The notes under the pieces are model-generated. The model saw nothing but the letters and a program-made list of their open reading frames with translations, ran no database searches and had not been told where the DNA came from. Source: the human T2T-CHM13v2.0 reference genome, Homo sapiens. From it: DNA of 64,000 nt. Positions within the stretch are counted from its first letter, which is position 1. Each line of letters opens with the position of its first letter. The position numbers and the translations under genes were made by a program. This document shows, piece by piece, positions 16,367 through 29,478 of this stretch. The DNA lies in assembly GCF_009914755.1 (NCBI RefSeq), contig NC_060932.1; one strand, written 5' to 3'.

Positions 16367-17036
16367 TATGAAGCCAAAATATCTTGAGACAGGTCTCAAT
16401 CAATTTAGAAAGTTTATTTTGCCAAGGTTAAGGACTTGTCCATGACACAGCCTCAGAGGTCCTGACGACATATGCCCAAAATGGTCATGGTACAGCTGGC
16501 TTTTATACATTTTAGGGAAACATGAGACATCAATAAATATGTATAAGATACCCAAAGGTTGGGTTTGTTAAGGCAGGACAACCGGAAGTGGGGCTTCTAG
16601 GTCAGAAGTAGATAAAAGACAAAAGATTAGATTCTTTTGAGTCCTTGATCAGCCTTCCACTGAATACACAATTTAGTCTGGCTCAGTGAATCTGCATTTC
16701 TACATAAACAATAGGGCAGAGGAAGCCATCAGACATGTGTTTGTCTCAGGTGAGCAGTGGGATGACCTTCTGTCTTGTGAAGATAAGCTATCAGTTTACA
16801 TTGCCAGGGTGAAATTCCACAGAACTGTTTTTGGGGTAAAGATCTTGAGGCTCACAAGGAATTCCTTGTGGGCAAATTGTGAGGGAGGTATGTAGCTTTT
16901 TTTTTTTTTTTTTTAATCTTTGTAGCTTTCTTATTTAGGAATAAAATGGGAGGCAGGTTTGCCTGACATAGTTTCCAGCTTGACTTTTCCTTTGGCTTAG
17001 TGATTTTGGGGTCCCCAGATTTATTTTCCTTTCACA
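16367..17036 (-). mobile_element. MER4A ERV1 solo LTR
   Basis: gagacaggtctcaatcaatttagaaagtttatt ... ttattttcctttcaca (antisense MER4A ends). Confidence 0.88.
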
Positions 17037-17859
17037 TTTGGAAGATCCAATGATCTTCCAAATTTAATACGTATAATGGACTTGGAACAGAACCTGGAAT
17101 ATACTAAATGGTTAAGTTTTAGTTGTTGTTACTGTTATTAAGCTGAATTTGAAAATGCTTTTAATTCTCATCTCCCTTTCAATAAAACTTGCAGTAGATA
17201 TGGTTATTTTGTTTCTCTCTAATTAGTTTCTCTGTGTCTTTCAAACAAGCACTCTTTTGGGAAGGAGTCTTCCAGATAAGTGCCTCCTGAGTGACTTGAA
17301 ATCTGTCACTTCCTGACAAGGGCAGAAGACAATTCCCAGTGACTGACCAGCAGTGATTCAGGTTCACTACCCAATCTGTCACTCATGTAGCACAGGAGTC
17401 TCAGCCAAGCCTGGCGGAACGAAAGGTTTAGGGTCAAACATTTGGAAATGTTCATTGTAATCACTAACTGTGGCACCTCCTCATATATGGTCTCACACTC
17501 TTAACCAGACATTACCTATATTTCTGACTCGTCTTTCCACAGAACATCATGTTCTTCACTGGCAGAGACTCTTCTCTACTTCTGCCACAATACCTGCCTG
17601 CCACAATACCTAGAAAATTGCTGTCCTGAAGCAGGTGTTCAGCAAATACATGCTGAACAACACTTCCTTGCAAAGCTTTGAAATGGAGAATTAATGGTTG
17701 ACTAATGTATACAGATAGGGTGTCTATTTCTTCTGCCACAATGCCTATTTTAAAGTTTCCAAGCCCCCCATATCCTTTTACTACAAACTGTAACTTCTGC
17801 AGGTTCTCCAGAATCTGCACAATTGGATTTCACCACACCTAGCCAGTTTTTAATATGAT

Positions 17860-18050
17860 GACAACAGCTATTGTTAAGTGCTTACTGGGTGTTGAGTGTT
17901 GTTCTAAGAAATTTACCTCAATTATCTCATTTATTACTCACAGCAATCATGTAAGCTAGGTACTGTTATTATATTCATTGTATAGATGAGAAACAAGGCA
18001 CAAAGTTTTAGAGACACAAGTTTAGCAAGTAGTAGAGCTGGAATTGGAAT
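17860..18050 (-). mobile_element. MIR
   Basis: Antisense MIR: ttatctcatttattactcacagcaa...taggtactgttattat...tagatgagaaac. Confidence 0.7.
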
Positions 18051-18684
18051 GCCCCTTCCCTAGAAGACTGACTCCTGTTTTTCTCACTAAACTCCCATCC
18101 TCTTGGGACATCCCATCCCATCCACAGTCAAACTAGTCAATTTCCAAAAAAAAAAAAAAGGTACCATTTGCATCCTGTCTTCATGCTTTCACTCTTATTG
18201 TTCCTCTAACAATAAGGGTCAGGATATCTCTTTATGCCTCTTCGTTAAAATCTTACTGCTAAGCAGATTCCTCACAATACTCTGCTATGTAGGTTTTCAC
18301 ATTATCTTAAACCTTCTAGAGTAGATCTTGCTTAATTAAGTGCTCTCATATATTGCTCATGTATGTTCTACTTCTACTAACAATCTGCTTTGATGGACTT
18401 TTGTCCCTAGAAATATATCCTTCTTTCCTCTACTCTATGACATAGGGTCCAGGGCTAAACTCATTCTATACTCAATATAGACTTAAGAATGAGTGGATTT
18501 TCAGAAGGCATTTGAAAGCACACTTGACCCTGAATTTCATTGTCAAATATCAACCAGGTGAGATCTTTACGGCCACTTCATACGAAAACACTGACACCAC
18601 TAACTCTTCTTTAGTGTCTATGTGGAGAGTCTACATGGTAGTGACAGATGGTACGAAAGTGGACTGGGGGGTTCGATGACTTAC

Positions 18685-18733
18685 GGGAGGCACCCAGAAC
18701 AGGTGGGTGTAATTCAGCGTGATTACAAGCCAC
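18685..18733 (-). other. Candidate 49-nt exon (probably non-coding)
   Basis: Minus strand reads ctctttcatag|GTGGCT...GCCTCCC|gtaagt in non-repeat, relatively CpG-retaining DNA; no transcript evidence available. Confidence 0.3.
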
Positions 18734-20675
18734 CTATGAAAGAGTGACACATACATTTCCGTGGGAATAAACAGAAAAAAAATCAGTAATGTCAGCAGAG
18801 TCTGTGTCTTTCCTAATGCCCACTCTAACCTAAAGGACAGGCAAGCAGGAGATGGTACAATCAAGAGCCAGGAGTCACATAAGCAAGGTACACACACCAT
18901 TGCTCTAGAATCAGTTTCCAAACGTTATTTAGCAACCTTGTCTCCAGTGTTTGCTTTCTCTCTGGGCTCCAGGAGTAAAGGTCTCAGTTTCGTAACTGCA
19001 ATACTGCTGCATCCAGTGTTCCTGTCAGAATTCCCTCTGGTAGCAAGGAGCATTTAGTTTACAAGCTTTCTGTCTGGGGAAGTTTTGGCTGGGTTAAGCT
19101 ATGCAGGTGAGCAGGGCAAAAATAACTGGATTCAAAGTTGAGTGAACAATTAAAATCTAAGAATATGTAAAGCAAATGAATCCATGGTGGAGATATTTTT
19201 CCAGAAGCTTCCATTACTTCTGTATGTGCTATTTAAAATCCAGACTCAAGGCAAAGGCAGAAGGGGATCTCTTTCCTATCTCTGCTCATTGATTCCAGAT
19301 GAAATCACAAACATGCAAAGTAAAATTTCAGGATCTGTTTAGTAACCAAGTTGGCATGTGGCTAATCAAGCCTAGTGTGGATTTTGGAAAAAGCATATAC
19401 AATCTATTCAAAAATAACAAACACATGTCAAAAATCAAACAACAACAACAAAAAACAGTTGCAAAGAAAACTTTATAGATTCTCTCTTAAGCATATTTAT
19501 AATAAAGAAGATTAGATTAGGAAAAAAAACACTAGTCTGGTGGGCATTCAACTGAATTGCAATCTAGTCCAGAGCCAAATTCTTCCCCCTGCCTACTGTG
19601 TACTCAGGTCTACCAGTGGCCTTATGCCATGTAAATGGAGTTAAAGAGGACATTGGGGCGTGGGTTTATCCAAGAAGAGTGAGAGGTTGATCTTAGTGGT
19701 TAGGGATCAGCGCAGAAGAATGAATGAGCAGGCCGTTTTAAAAAGAGCCTGTGGGTCCTGCCATTTGGCATCATGTCTTGGTTTGATCTCTTTATGTGGG
19801 TATTCACCCTCAGGTCTCACTTCCCCATTCATCGTTCCACTCCTCTGCATTCTTAAAACATCTCTGCTCACCTCTTGTTCTACATAATTGAGACCGCACA
19901 GCAACCACGTAGGGGTGATGCAAAACTCTTTTTAGAAAAAAAGTTATATATGACATGAGTCAGAAAACAGAGCTAACACAAGGATTCAACCCTAAAGCTG
20001 AATCCAGTTCTCCCAGGGTGGCTGTGGCTTCCTGGAAAAAAACATTTCTCCGATTATGAGATGCATTGCCAACTCCTTTATGCCAGCAGAAGTGGCCTGT
20101 GCCCTAAGAATATGTCAATTACTCCTTTCACCTGAAGGAATCATTCCCATTCATGCCTCTTTGTCTTTACTTATACTTCACTCAGCCCATTTTGATTACC
20201 CTTTCCAGTATTCTACATTCTGTGTCTATACAAAAGCTCTTCTGTTACTGGAGTTTTACTGCCTCTGGAAAGTTAGGTCCATTCCAATTTGGTTAGTTTC
20301 TTACTCCTTCGAGCTTCCAAAGCACAAAATTTTGTATGGAAGTTATTTGCCTTTAAAGTGCCGTGGACACACTCACATTCTGGTCTCAATGAAGAGCCTC
20401 TCTTAGAAAGAATGCAAAAGGTTTTTAAAAATTTTATTAAATAACATACATAGCATCACAACAGAGACCAATTTTATAGAAATATAGTTATACAAATATT
20501 AAATCAGTGTGTGACATATATATGATTAAGAAACTTAAAAAACAAGGCCTAGTAGCAAGTCTAATTATTATAATTTCAAAATAGTGATGAACTTAATAAT
20601 TTCAAATGTTTGCAACAATGTTATGTGATGTGACAAACTACAAATCTAGTGAGAATGTGTAGGTATTACTAAACC

Positions 20676-20677
<2 letters not shown>

Positions 20678-20706
<29 letters not shown>
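20678..20706 (+). repeat. (TG)n microsatellite
   Basis: About 14 uninterrupted TG units. Confidence 0.95.
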
Positions 20707-21708
20707 CTGTGCATGTGTCTGTGTGTGGTGTGGTGTGTCCTCCTACATTCATAATGGGAAATTTCAAAATGCTAAATTAAGTTAGAGGTTAATGAAAACC
20801 GCTAATGGTTCCTGAATTCCATTAGGTTGAGAACCCTTGATTTATGACTTATTATTATATATTCATTGAATCCCTTATCATCTATCTTATCGTTGAAACT
20901 AGTTGGTAAAATCAGAGCAAGCACACATAGCTTATTCTTTCTCTATACCTCCTACAGAGAATGAACTCATTCTCAGGCCCTTGTAGGAACTAAACAAGAA
21001 ATTGTTGACTATACTGAAATTAAATTAAACACCAACTTATGCATAGCTAAAATGTGCCAAGCCAAACACAAGCTTTACTAGAATTGGTTACTTATACTTT
21101 TATGTGATGTAAGTTCAGTTTTGCCTTGTGATATATTTACTTGTTTGCATTTCTATCTCTTCCAGCAAAATATGTTTTCTTAAAGGTGGATTCTACAGCC
21201 AGTTATCTCTGTTCAGGTAAAGGGAGCTCATATTAAAGCATCAGTAACAGTATATAGATGGAATAGGTTATTTTAATATAGTGAGAGGGAAGAATTGATA
21301 TATTTCTCAAGAGAGTAAGGGGAGCCAAAGTTTGATGCAAGAATTTGGACTAGAGATTCTTGGAAAATTAATATAAATAGGAAAGCTAAAGCACAATGAG
21401 TGTGGTTGGGGCTTACAACATAATGTTCTTCCATTTTTTTACTATATTGCAATTACATTGTGTTCCCCTTTAGAATACAACATAATCTGTAATTGTCTGA
21501 AACATGATAGAATACGAAATATGATAGTGCATAAAATCAGCCTTGAAAATTCTAAAGTATTAGTCACACTTTCGTATATTCTAAAGAAACCACATTTTCT
21601 GTTTCACTCAGAAGGTAACAACAAGATCATTCTGTGATGTGACCTACACTTGGATATTATGCTTTTAATTTTTGTTTCTGGGAGGTGGCACGTAGGGGGT
21701 TTGCGTCA

Positions 21709-22040
<332 letters not shown>

Positions 22041-22276
22041 ACATAGAAGAAAGAGATATTGTGATAACTTCTCCATCTTATACAGTCACTCAACGCAATG
22101 TCTCAGTAAACAGCCAGCATATGCAATGGATGTCCCACAAAATTATAATGGAGCTGAAAAATGCATATTGCTTAGTGATATTGTAGGCATGTCAACATCT
22201 TAGGGCAACACATTACTCACATGTTTGTGGTGATATTGGTGTAAACTGCCTGCTGTATAAAAGTATAGCACATACA

Positions 22277-22589
<313 letters not shown>

Positions 22590-23394
22590 AAAAGTATAGC
22601 ACATACAATTATGTACAGTACATAATACTTGATAAGGATAATAAACAACTATATTACTGGTTTATGTATTTGTGTTGTGATTTTAAAGGGTACTCCTTCT
22701 AGTTATTAAGAAAAAGTTAGCTATAAAACAGCTTCAGGCAGATCCTTCAGGAGGTATTCCAGAAGAAGGCATTGGAGATGATTGTTCCGTGTGTGTTACT
22801 GCCCCAAAGACCTTCCAGTGGGACAGGATGTGGAGGTGGAAGACAGTGATATTGACAATCATTGATAATCCTGACCCTGTGTAGGCCTAGATTAATGTGT
22901 GTTTTTGTGTCTTAGCTTTAACCAAAAAGTTTTACAAGTAAAAAAATACAAAAATTTTAAAATAGAAAAACCTTATAGAATAAGAATATAAAGAAAGAAA
23001 ATATTTTTGTACAGCCGTATATGTATGTGTTTTAAGTTAAATGTTATTGCAATTGCATCAAGTTAAGAAGATTAAAAAGCTTATAAAATAAAAAAAGTTA
23101 CAGCAAGCAAAGGTCAATTTATGATTGAAGAAAAATATTTTCTATAAATTTAATGTAGCCTAAGTAGACAGTGTTTAAACAGTTGCTAGTGATGTACAGT
23201 AATGTCCTAGGTCTTCACATTCATTCCCTGACTCACCTAGAGCAAGTTCCAATCCTGAAAGTTCTTATATATGTACTGTTTTTAAATTTCGTATATCATA
23301 TTTTGCTATATCTTTTTATATTTAGATATGTTTAATTACACAAATACTTAATTGCATTAGAATTGTCTACAGTATTCAGTATAGTAACATGCTC

Positions 23395-23458
23395 TATGTA
23401 ACTAACCTGCACGTTGTGCACATGTACCCTAAAACTTAAAGTAAAAAAAAAAAAAAAA
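23395..23458 (+). mobile_element. L1PA extreme 3' stub plus poly(A)
   Basis: tatgtaactaacctgcacgttgtgcacatgtaccctaaaacttaaagt followed by an A run. Confidence 0.9.
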
Positions 23459-24217
23459 GAGCAGTAGGCTATACTGCATAGCCTAGGTGTGTAGCAAGCT
23501 ACACCATCTAGGTTTGTGTAAGTTCTATGATGTTGGCACTATGATGAAATTGCCTAATGACATATTTCTCAGAATGTGTCTCCATCATTGAGCAACATAT
23601 GAGTATTTTATAATAAAAATTAAAATACATGTTTCTAGAGAAGTAAGTTTATGGTCATCCAGTTTGTAGCGTTGAGGTCACTGGGAAGGTCATTGAGAAA
23701 TTGGAAATAAAGAACTGAAATTTCGAGTGTTAGACTACAGCTTCCCTAGTCAGGGATTTAATAATTTTGGGGTTGCCATACTAAGGGCAAGGTGTACTAA
23801 CTGGAGTTTCTGTAATGGTGGTTGTTAAGAGCATAGGCTCTGCAAGTAAACAGAATGAGATTAGATTTCAATTGACTATTTATTAGCTAAAACATATAAT
23901 ATATTTAGCATGATATCTGGATCATAAAAAGTGCTTAGTGAGTATGAATGTGTTATTACTGAATGGCTGAATGAGGTCATACATTGTGATAACATTTTGA
24001 AACTCTTTCAGAGTATGGGGGACTTCTAAGATAAAATTTTCAAAAGTAACTAATAAATTTGCTGAGGGAATGTAATAGGACAGACAAATTATCCTTGGGG
24101 AAGAAGCTAATAGTAAGAGAAAGGCAGACCAGAAGAGGAGTTACAGGAGTTATTGGAAAGCAGAAATGGACCTATAACAATATGGTAACATTCAAGTGTT
24201 ACAGAGACAAAAGTTTT

Positions 24218-24412
24218 TTTTTTTGTTGTTTTTTTTTTTTTAATTTTACTTTAAAAGTTCTGGGATACATGTGCCGAATGTGCAGGTTTGTTGCATAGGT
24301 ATACATGTGCCATGGTGGTTTGCTGCACCTATCAACCTATCATCTAGGTTTTAAACCCCGCACATATTAGGTATTTGTCCTAATGCTCTCCCTCCCCTTG
24401 CACCACCACCCT
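24218..24412 (-). mobile_element. L1PA (PA8-10-like) 5'-truncated 3' end
   Basis: Poly-T plus gttctgggatacatgtg...ccatggtggtttgctgcacc; TSD aaaagtttt. Confidence 0.9.
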
Positions 24413-26861
24413 AAAAGTTTTAAGGGAAAATAAACCTGAGAAACTTCATCAACTGGATAATTAGAAGAAGATTAACAAAAGTGCAATTTTCTTAAAGTTT
24501 TGGAAATATCATTGAGGAAAATGTAAGAAATAAAAACAGTAACTACAGAGCGAACTTGTTGGCAGTGATTGGAAAGAGAAGTATCAGGCACTAAATGGCG
24601 GGTGTTGCAAGATCATAAAACATTTTTGATTTTGCTCTTGCTTTTGATTTGGAGGCAGGGCAAAGGCCAGGCAAACCTTTGGAAAAGGGGTGGAGGTGGC
24701 TGAAGATACAAACAAAAAATGAGATAATTGCTGAAGCAAAGTCCCTAAAGGGATGGAAAGAAAGTGAATTTAGTGTTAAATTGAGGGGTAAAATTTAGGA
24801 GGAGGGATATATCTTTTTCTAAGTCAAGAAAGATGTAAGAAATGTATATAGTTAGAGAATATTAAAGGTCAAAAGCTGGTAGATAAAGAAGCTCACACCA
24901 GATGACCTGGATCTATTCATTAAGGTACAAAGTATAAAGGTGCAAAGAGGAGTATTGCTGTCCTCCTTGGCCCAAGAACCAACCTGGAATCGTCAAGCTG
25001 AATACTCTCTTCCAGAGAAATCCTTGAGGCTAAAGAAGCTGGGTTGGCACAGAGCACTCCAGCTAAGGATAGCAGGTAGGGATGATGATGAATGGAAATG
25101 AAAGGGATCATATGTGAGATAGCACTTCAGAAGCAGAAGAACATTGTAAGTGGTCATCAAACAGTGCATGCCTATGGGTCAGTTAAGATTTGCCTAATTC
25201 ATTGTTGAATACAAATCATAAAAGTTAACGAATATAAACTCTTTTTGGAGTTTGAAGTTGAGACCATTTAACCACGCACAAGAATTATGTGATGGAAAAG
25301 AGTTACTCAAATTTTCTCTTTTGGCATGAAAAAAGCAAGATTTGCAAATGCCCCATATGAAATCCAGCCTTTAAAATGCTGAGACCAGTTGGACATCAAT
25401 AGAGTTCTGACACATACATGTAGAACAATTCTAATTCCACCCGGTTGCTTATTCCTTTCCTTGCATTATGCAGTGCTGACAGAGTGGCCACATTTCCCAA
25501 GAGCTCCCTTTTCCTCAACACAGATGTTTTTCCAATCTTGTTTTTTTTCAATTGAATATTTTATATTTACCCTTTTTTCTTTCTTTTTTTTTTTTTTTCA
25601 TGATATGACTAATTCAAACTATGGACAAAATTTGACCTGGCCTCTGAGACAGTCACGTATCTGCCTTATTCCTCTGTCCATGAACAACTTTTCGGGGACT
25701 CAGGGGATGTCCCTGCAAATAACTAGATACTCTCCCGTAGGTGCCCAAGTGACAATTGAGATATATATTTTTGAATGGAAGTCCATTTTGTTATTTAAAT
25801 ATTCCTGACCTATACCTATTATTTTACCTTAGAGGAAAATGCATTATATTACCCCAGCATATATAAATTTGTGAATTTGTAAATTTTGTTTTACAGAGCA
25901 TCTTCCATTTCAGACTTAAAAAAAATAACTCTAATGTGTTTGTGATGACTACTCTTTATAGCATCCTTTGGCAATTACATGTAGGTAGAAACATTTTATT
26001 TTTGACACATCTCTGAGTTAATCAGGTGGGTCTCTACTATCTGTACAGAATGCAGGCTGGAGGTCTGAATGTAAAATGCTAAGAAATATGCACACCCACT
26101 CAGATTACTGGTTTTTTAGAAAAGCATAGATGATAGAATGGGTAAGGGAGTGGAGGAGGGTAAAGGGAATTAAAGAAAAATTAATGCATACCAGATGTTG
26201 GATGGCAAGTTTCCACTCTGAGAATAATAAATGGAGGCATTGGGCTGCCAGATGAAGTTAAAGAGCATGGATACCAACTTAATTTAATAAGCAATTCTAT
26301 GCTCTTCAGGGGGAAAGTCAGTGCCAATTGAGACAAATAATGATTATAAAAAAGTGCATTTTCCTTTCTTCTCTGTCCTCATCTTTCATTTTTATTTTGG
26401 CCAAAACCTATATTCTTAGACATGATCAGGATTCACAATGACCCCAACTTACCTGAGCTTTAAAAATCCAAGGACCATAATAACGAAGGCCCAATATCCC
26501 TGTGGTATCACTTCCCTGGAACTCCTTACAAAGGAGGAGCACACGGATCAAGAACCCCAGAGGAAATGAAAAAAACCCAAGTGGGTTCAACCAGTATTTT
26601 TCTGAGCATTTGCTATGTGGCCAGCAAATGCCTGACTCATCTATTGGTTATCTCATTCCTTAGTTAATGCTCTGGGAAGCTCTGTTAAGTTAGTTACTTT
26701 TTCAGGTTCCAGAGGGGAAATTTCAATACAGATATGCTATGTGATCAGATGAAGCATATAGTTTTAAGTAGTAGATGAAAATTCTGATTATCAGCTACTG
26801 TATTACAAGCCCAATGTATTATTCATGTTCCCCATATCTGCCTTGCAGCTAGTGTCAGCAC

Positions 26862-27367
26862 TGTCTTAGTTTCATATAACTGCCATGAAAAAATTATCAT
26901 CAACGTAGTGGCTTAAAGCAACACATATTTATTATATTGCAGTTCTCTGCATTAAAAGTCTGACAAACTGGGATAAAATGAAGATGTCAGCAGTGCTGTC
27001 TTCCTTTATAGAGACTCTAGGGGATAATCTGCTTCCTTTTTTTTTTTTTTCTTTCCAGTTTTAGGACCACCCACATTCCTTGGCTCATGGCCACCTCCCT
27101 CCATTTCAAAGCTAACAATGTTGCATCTCTCTGACCTTTATTTTTTTCATCACATTTCCCTCTGACTCTAGTTTTCTGTGTCCCTCTTCCACTTTTAAGA
27201 ATCTTTGTAACCACATTTGGCTTCCCTAAGTCATCTAGAATAATTGTCCCATCTTGAGGTACTTAATTGTATCTGCAAAACCCCTTTTACCATAATGTAA
27301 GGTAACATTCATAGGTTCCAGAGATAAGGACATGGACATCTTTGAGGACATTATTTTGCCTACCACA
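26862..27367 (-). mobile_element. MaLR solo LTR (MLT1C/D)
   Basis: tgtcttagttt...gtggcttaaagcaacac...ttttgcctaccaca; 5-bp TSD agcac/agcat. Confidence 0.85.
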
Positions 27368-27611
27368 AGCATACAATCTCTCAATCTCTCTGATGAATAT
27401 TCCCCACCACCCCATTTAACATTGTTCCCAGGATTCATTTTGCAGTTTTGTTTGTGACTTTTCTTCATTTCACATTTCTGCCTACTGAATGCCATTCTTT
27501 ATTCTTATGTTCTAGAATAGATTCATGGTTCAGAATTAATTGTCTAAACTAATTTTCTTTCTTGCCTGTGAGAGTGGGTATAATGTTACTTAATATGTAT
27601 TACAATGTTAT

Positions 27612-28130
27612 TGTATCAGGTTGACTTCTAGGAAAGTAGGCTCTGAGATGGAGGGTTTTAGGCAAGGTATTTATTAAGGATTTGTAACCAACATTTGAGT
27701 AAAGAAAGAAAAGTAAGCGTTTGTAACCAACATTTGAGTAAAGAAAGGAAAGTAAGCATAAGTGGACAAAGAGAGAAGTTGAACTGCAAAGAAGACCTAG
27801 AAATGGCCTCAGACTACCCAGTGGGGAGCTTTGGAGCTAGAATCATTCTTCAGAGACATCCTGAGTTAGGCTGGAAACCTAGGCTTTTACTTCTGCACTG
27901 ATGTCTTTGATTAAAGATTACCTCTTACCACAGGCAAGGTAACCTCTAATGAGCCTGCCATCTATAAGCTGTAACCATCAACATCCTCTGTACAAGGATG
28001 TACAACATCCTCAGTGGCAAGCAACCTCTAAAGAGTCTGACATCTATAAGCTGTAACCACCAACATCCTTAGTGACTGCAGCAGGTCCTTTGTTGAAAAG
28101 GGATTTGGTGGCACATTGCAGTGCCCACTA
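27612..28130 (-). mobile_element. LTR16-like ERVL LTR containing local duplications
   Basis: aggctctgagatggag...tttattaagg...ggggagctttggagct antisense LTR16 motifs. Confidence 0.55.
27681..27757 (+). repeat. Tandem duplication, 39-bp period, two copies
   Basis: tttgtaaccaacatttgagtaaagaaag(a/g)aaagtaagc twice. Confidence 0.95.
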
Positions 28131-28259
28131 CAAATGTCTTCTGTCACGGCCTCCTGTTGTTGTTTGTTTTCTCTTTTTCATTTTGTTTTTCTCTCTTCTG
28201 GTGCTACAAACTGAAACTTCACATCTATCCAAAATGTATATGTTGAAATTTTAACCCCT

Positions 28260-28472
28260 AGAAGTAAATCACCAGATTTGCTGACGTATCAGGGTCCACC
28301 AGACACTGCAGAAATAATGAAAACATTACCTCAGAAATACAGAAACTTGTGTCTTAAGAAGAAGTTGAATTTGTCCACTGTGAAGATCCAGAATAATCAC
28401 TGTGGCTGCTGTTTGTCATCAGACAAAATAATTACCTTTACAATAAGGGACTTCCAAAAATAATAATAATAA
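28260..28472 (+). pseudogene. MRPS36: 5'-truncated processed pseudogene of MRPS36/KGD4
   Basis: Translates RSKSPDLLTYQGPPDTAEIMKTLPQKYR, frameshift, LVS*EEVEFVHCEDPE*. Recalled human MRPS36 C-terminus: GSKSPDLLMYQGPPDTAEIIKTLPQKYRRKLVSQEEMEFIQRGGPE. Premature TAA 28355-28357, native stop 28394-28396, short 3'UTR, AATAAG 28442-28447, decayed A tail 28456-28472. The symbol given is the parent gene. Confidence 0.92.
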
Positions 28473-29478
28473 GACTGCTTTTTAGGGCAGTTTTAGGTTT
28501 AAAGAAAAATCAAGCAGAAAGTATGGAGAGTTTCTGTATTTCCCCCCTCCCACTAGTTTCCCCTGGTATTAACATCTTGCATTGGTATGGTACATTTATT
28601 ACAACTGATGAACCAGTGTTGGAGTGTTATATGATTTCTAACTAACGTCCATACTTTACGTTATGGTTCAGTCTGTGTTGTACAGTTCTACAGGTTTTGA
28701 AAATGCATAAAGTCATGTATCTACCAATATCATACAGAATAGTTCACTGCCCTGAAAATCCCCCTATGCTCCACCTATTATTCCCTTCCCCTTTCCTCCT
28801 CTCAGACCCTGGCAACCACTAATCTCTTCACTACTTCTGTAGTTTTGCCTTTTCCAGAATGTCATATAGTTGGAATCATATGGTATGTAGACGTTTCAGA
28901 CTGACTTCTTTCACTTAGCAATATGCATTTAAGTTTAATATGCATGTCTTTTTTTGTGGCTTGAGAACGCATTTCTTTTTTATTGCTGCATAATATTCTC
29001 TACAGTTGTGTATTCATTCATTTATTGAAGGACATCTTGGTTGCTTCCAATTCTTGGCAATTATGAATAAAGTTGTTATAAACATTTGTTAGCAGGTTTT
29101 GTGTGGACATAAGTTATCCATAGATCTTTTAAAAAGGATACATTTTATTAGATCAGGAGAGTTCCCTTTTACTCCTAGTTTACTGGGATTTTTTGTCATG
29201 AGTGAGTGTTGGACTTTGTCAGCTGTTTTTTCTGCACTATTGTGATAATCATATAGCTTTTATCCTTTATTCTGTGAATGTGGTGAAGTACGTTGATTGA
29301 TTCTTTAAAAAATGCTTATAACAGCCATTGATTGATTTTTGAATGTTAACTTTCCATTCCTGAAGCAAATCTGAATTGGTTGCATTGTATTTTCTTTTTA
29401 ATATTATTGCTGAGTTTGCTTTGTTACTATTTTGTTTAGAATCCTTTGCATCTATGTTCATAAACAAAATGGGCCTTA
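28473..29478 (-). mobile_element. Old L1 fragments: L1MC-like 3' end (~28473-29118) and a separate ORF2 piece (~29130-29478)
   Basis: gcagttttaggtttaaagaaaaa...ggcaaccactaatct; minus-strand ORF with RPILFMNIDAK (L1 ORF2 RPISLMNIDAK). Confidence 0.8.

Noticed and set aside
28260-28472. Assigning a numbered MRPS36 pseudogene or chromosome location
   Set aside because: Several MRPS36 pseudogenes exist, and the locus cannot be determined without mapping.
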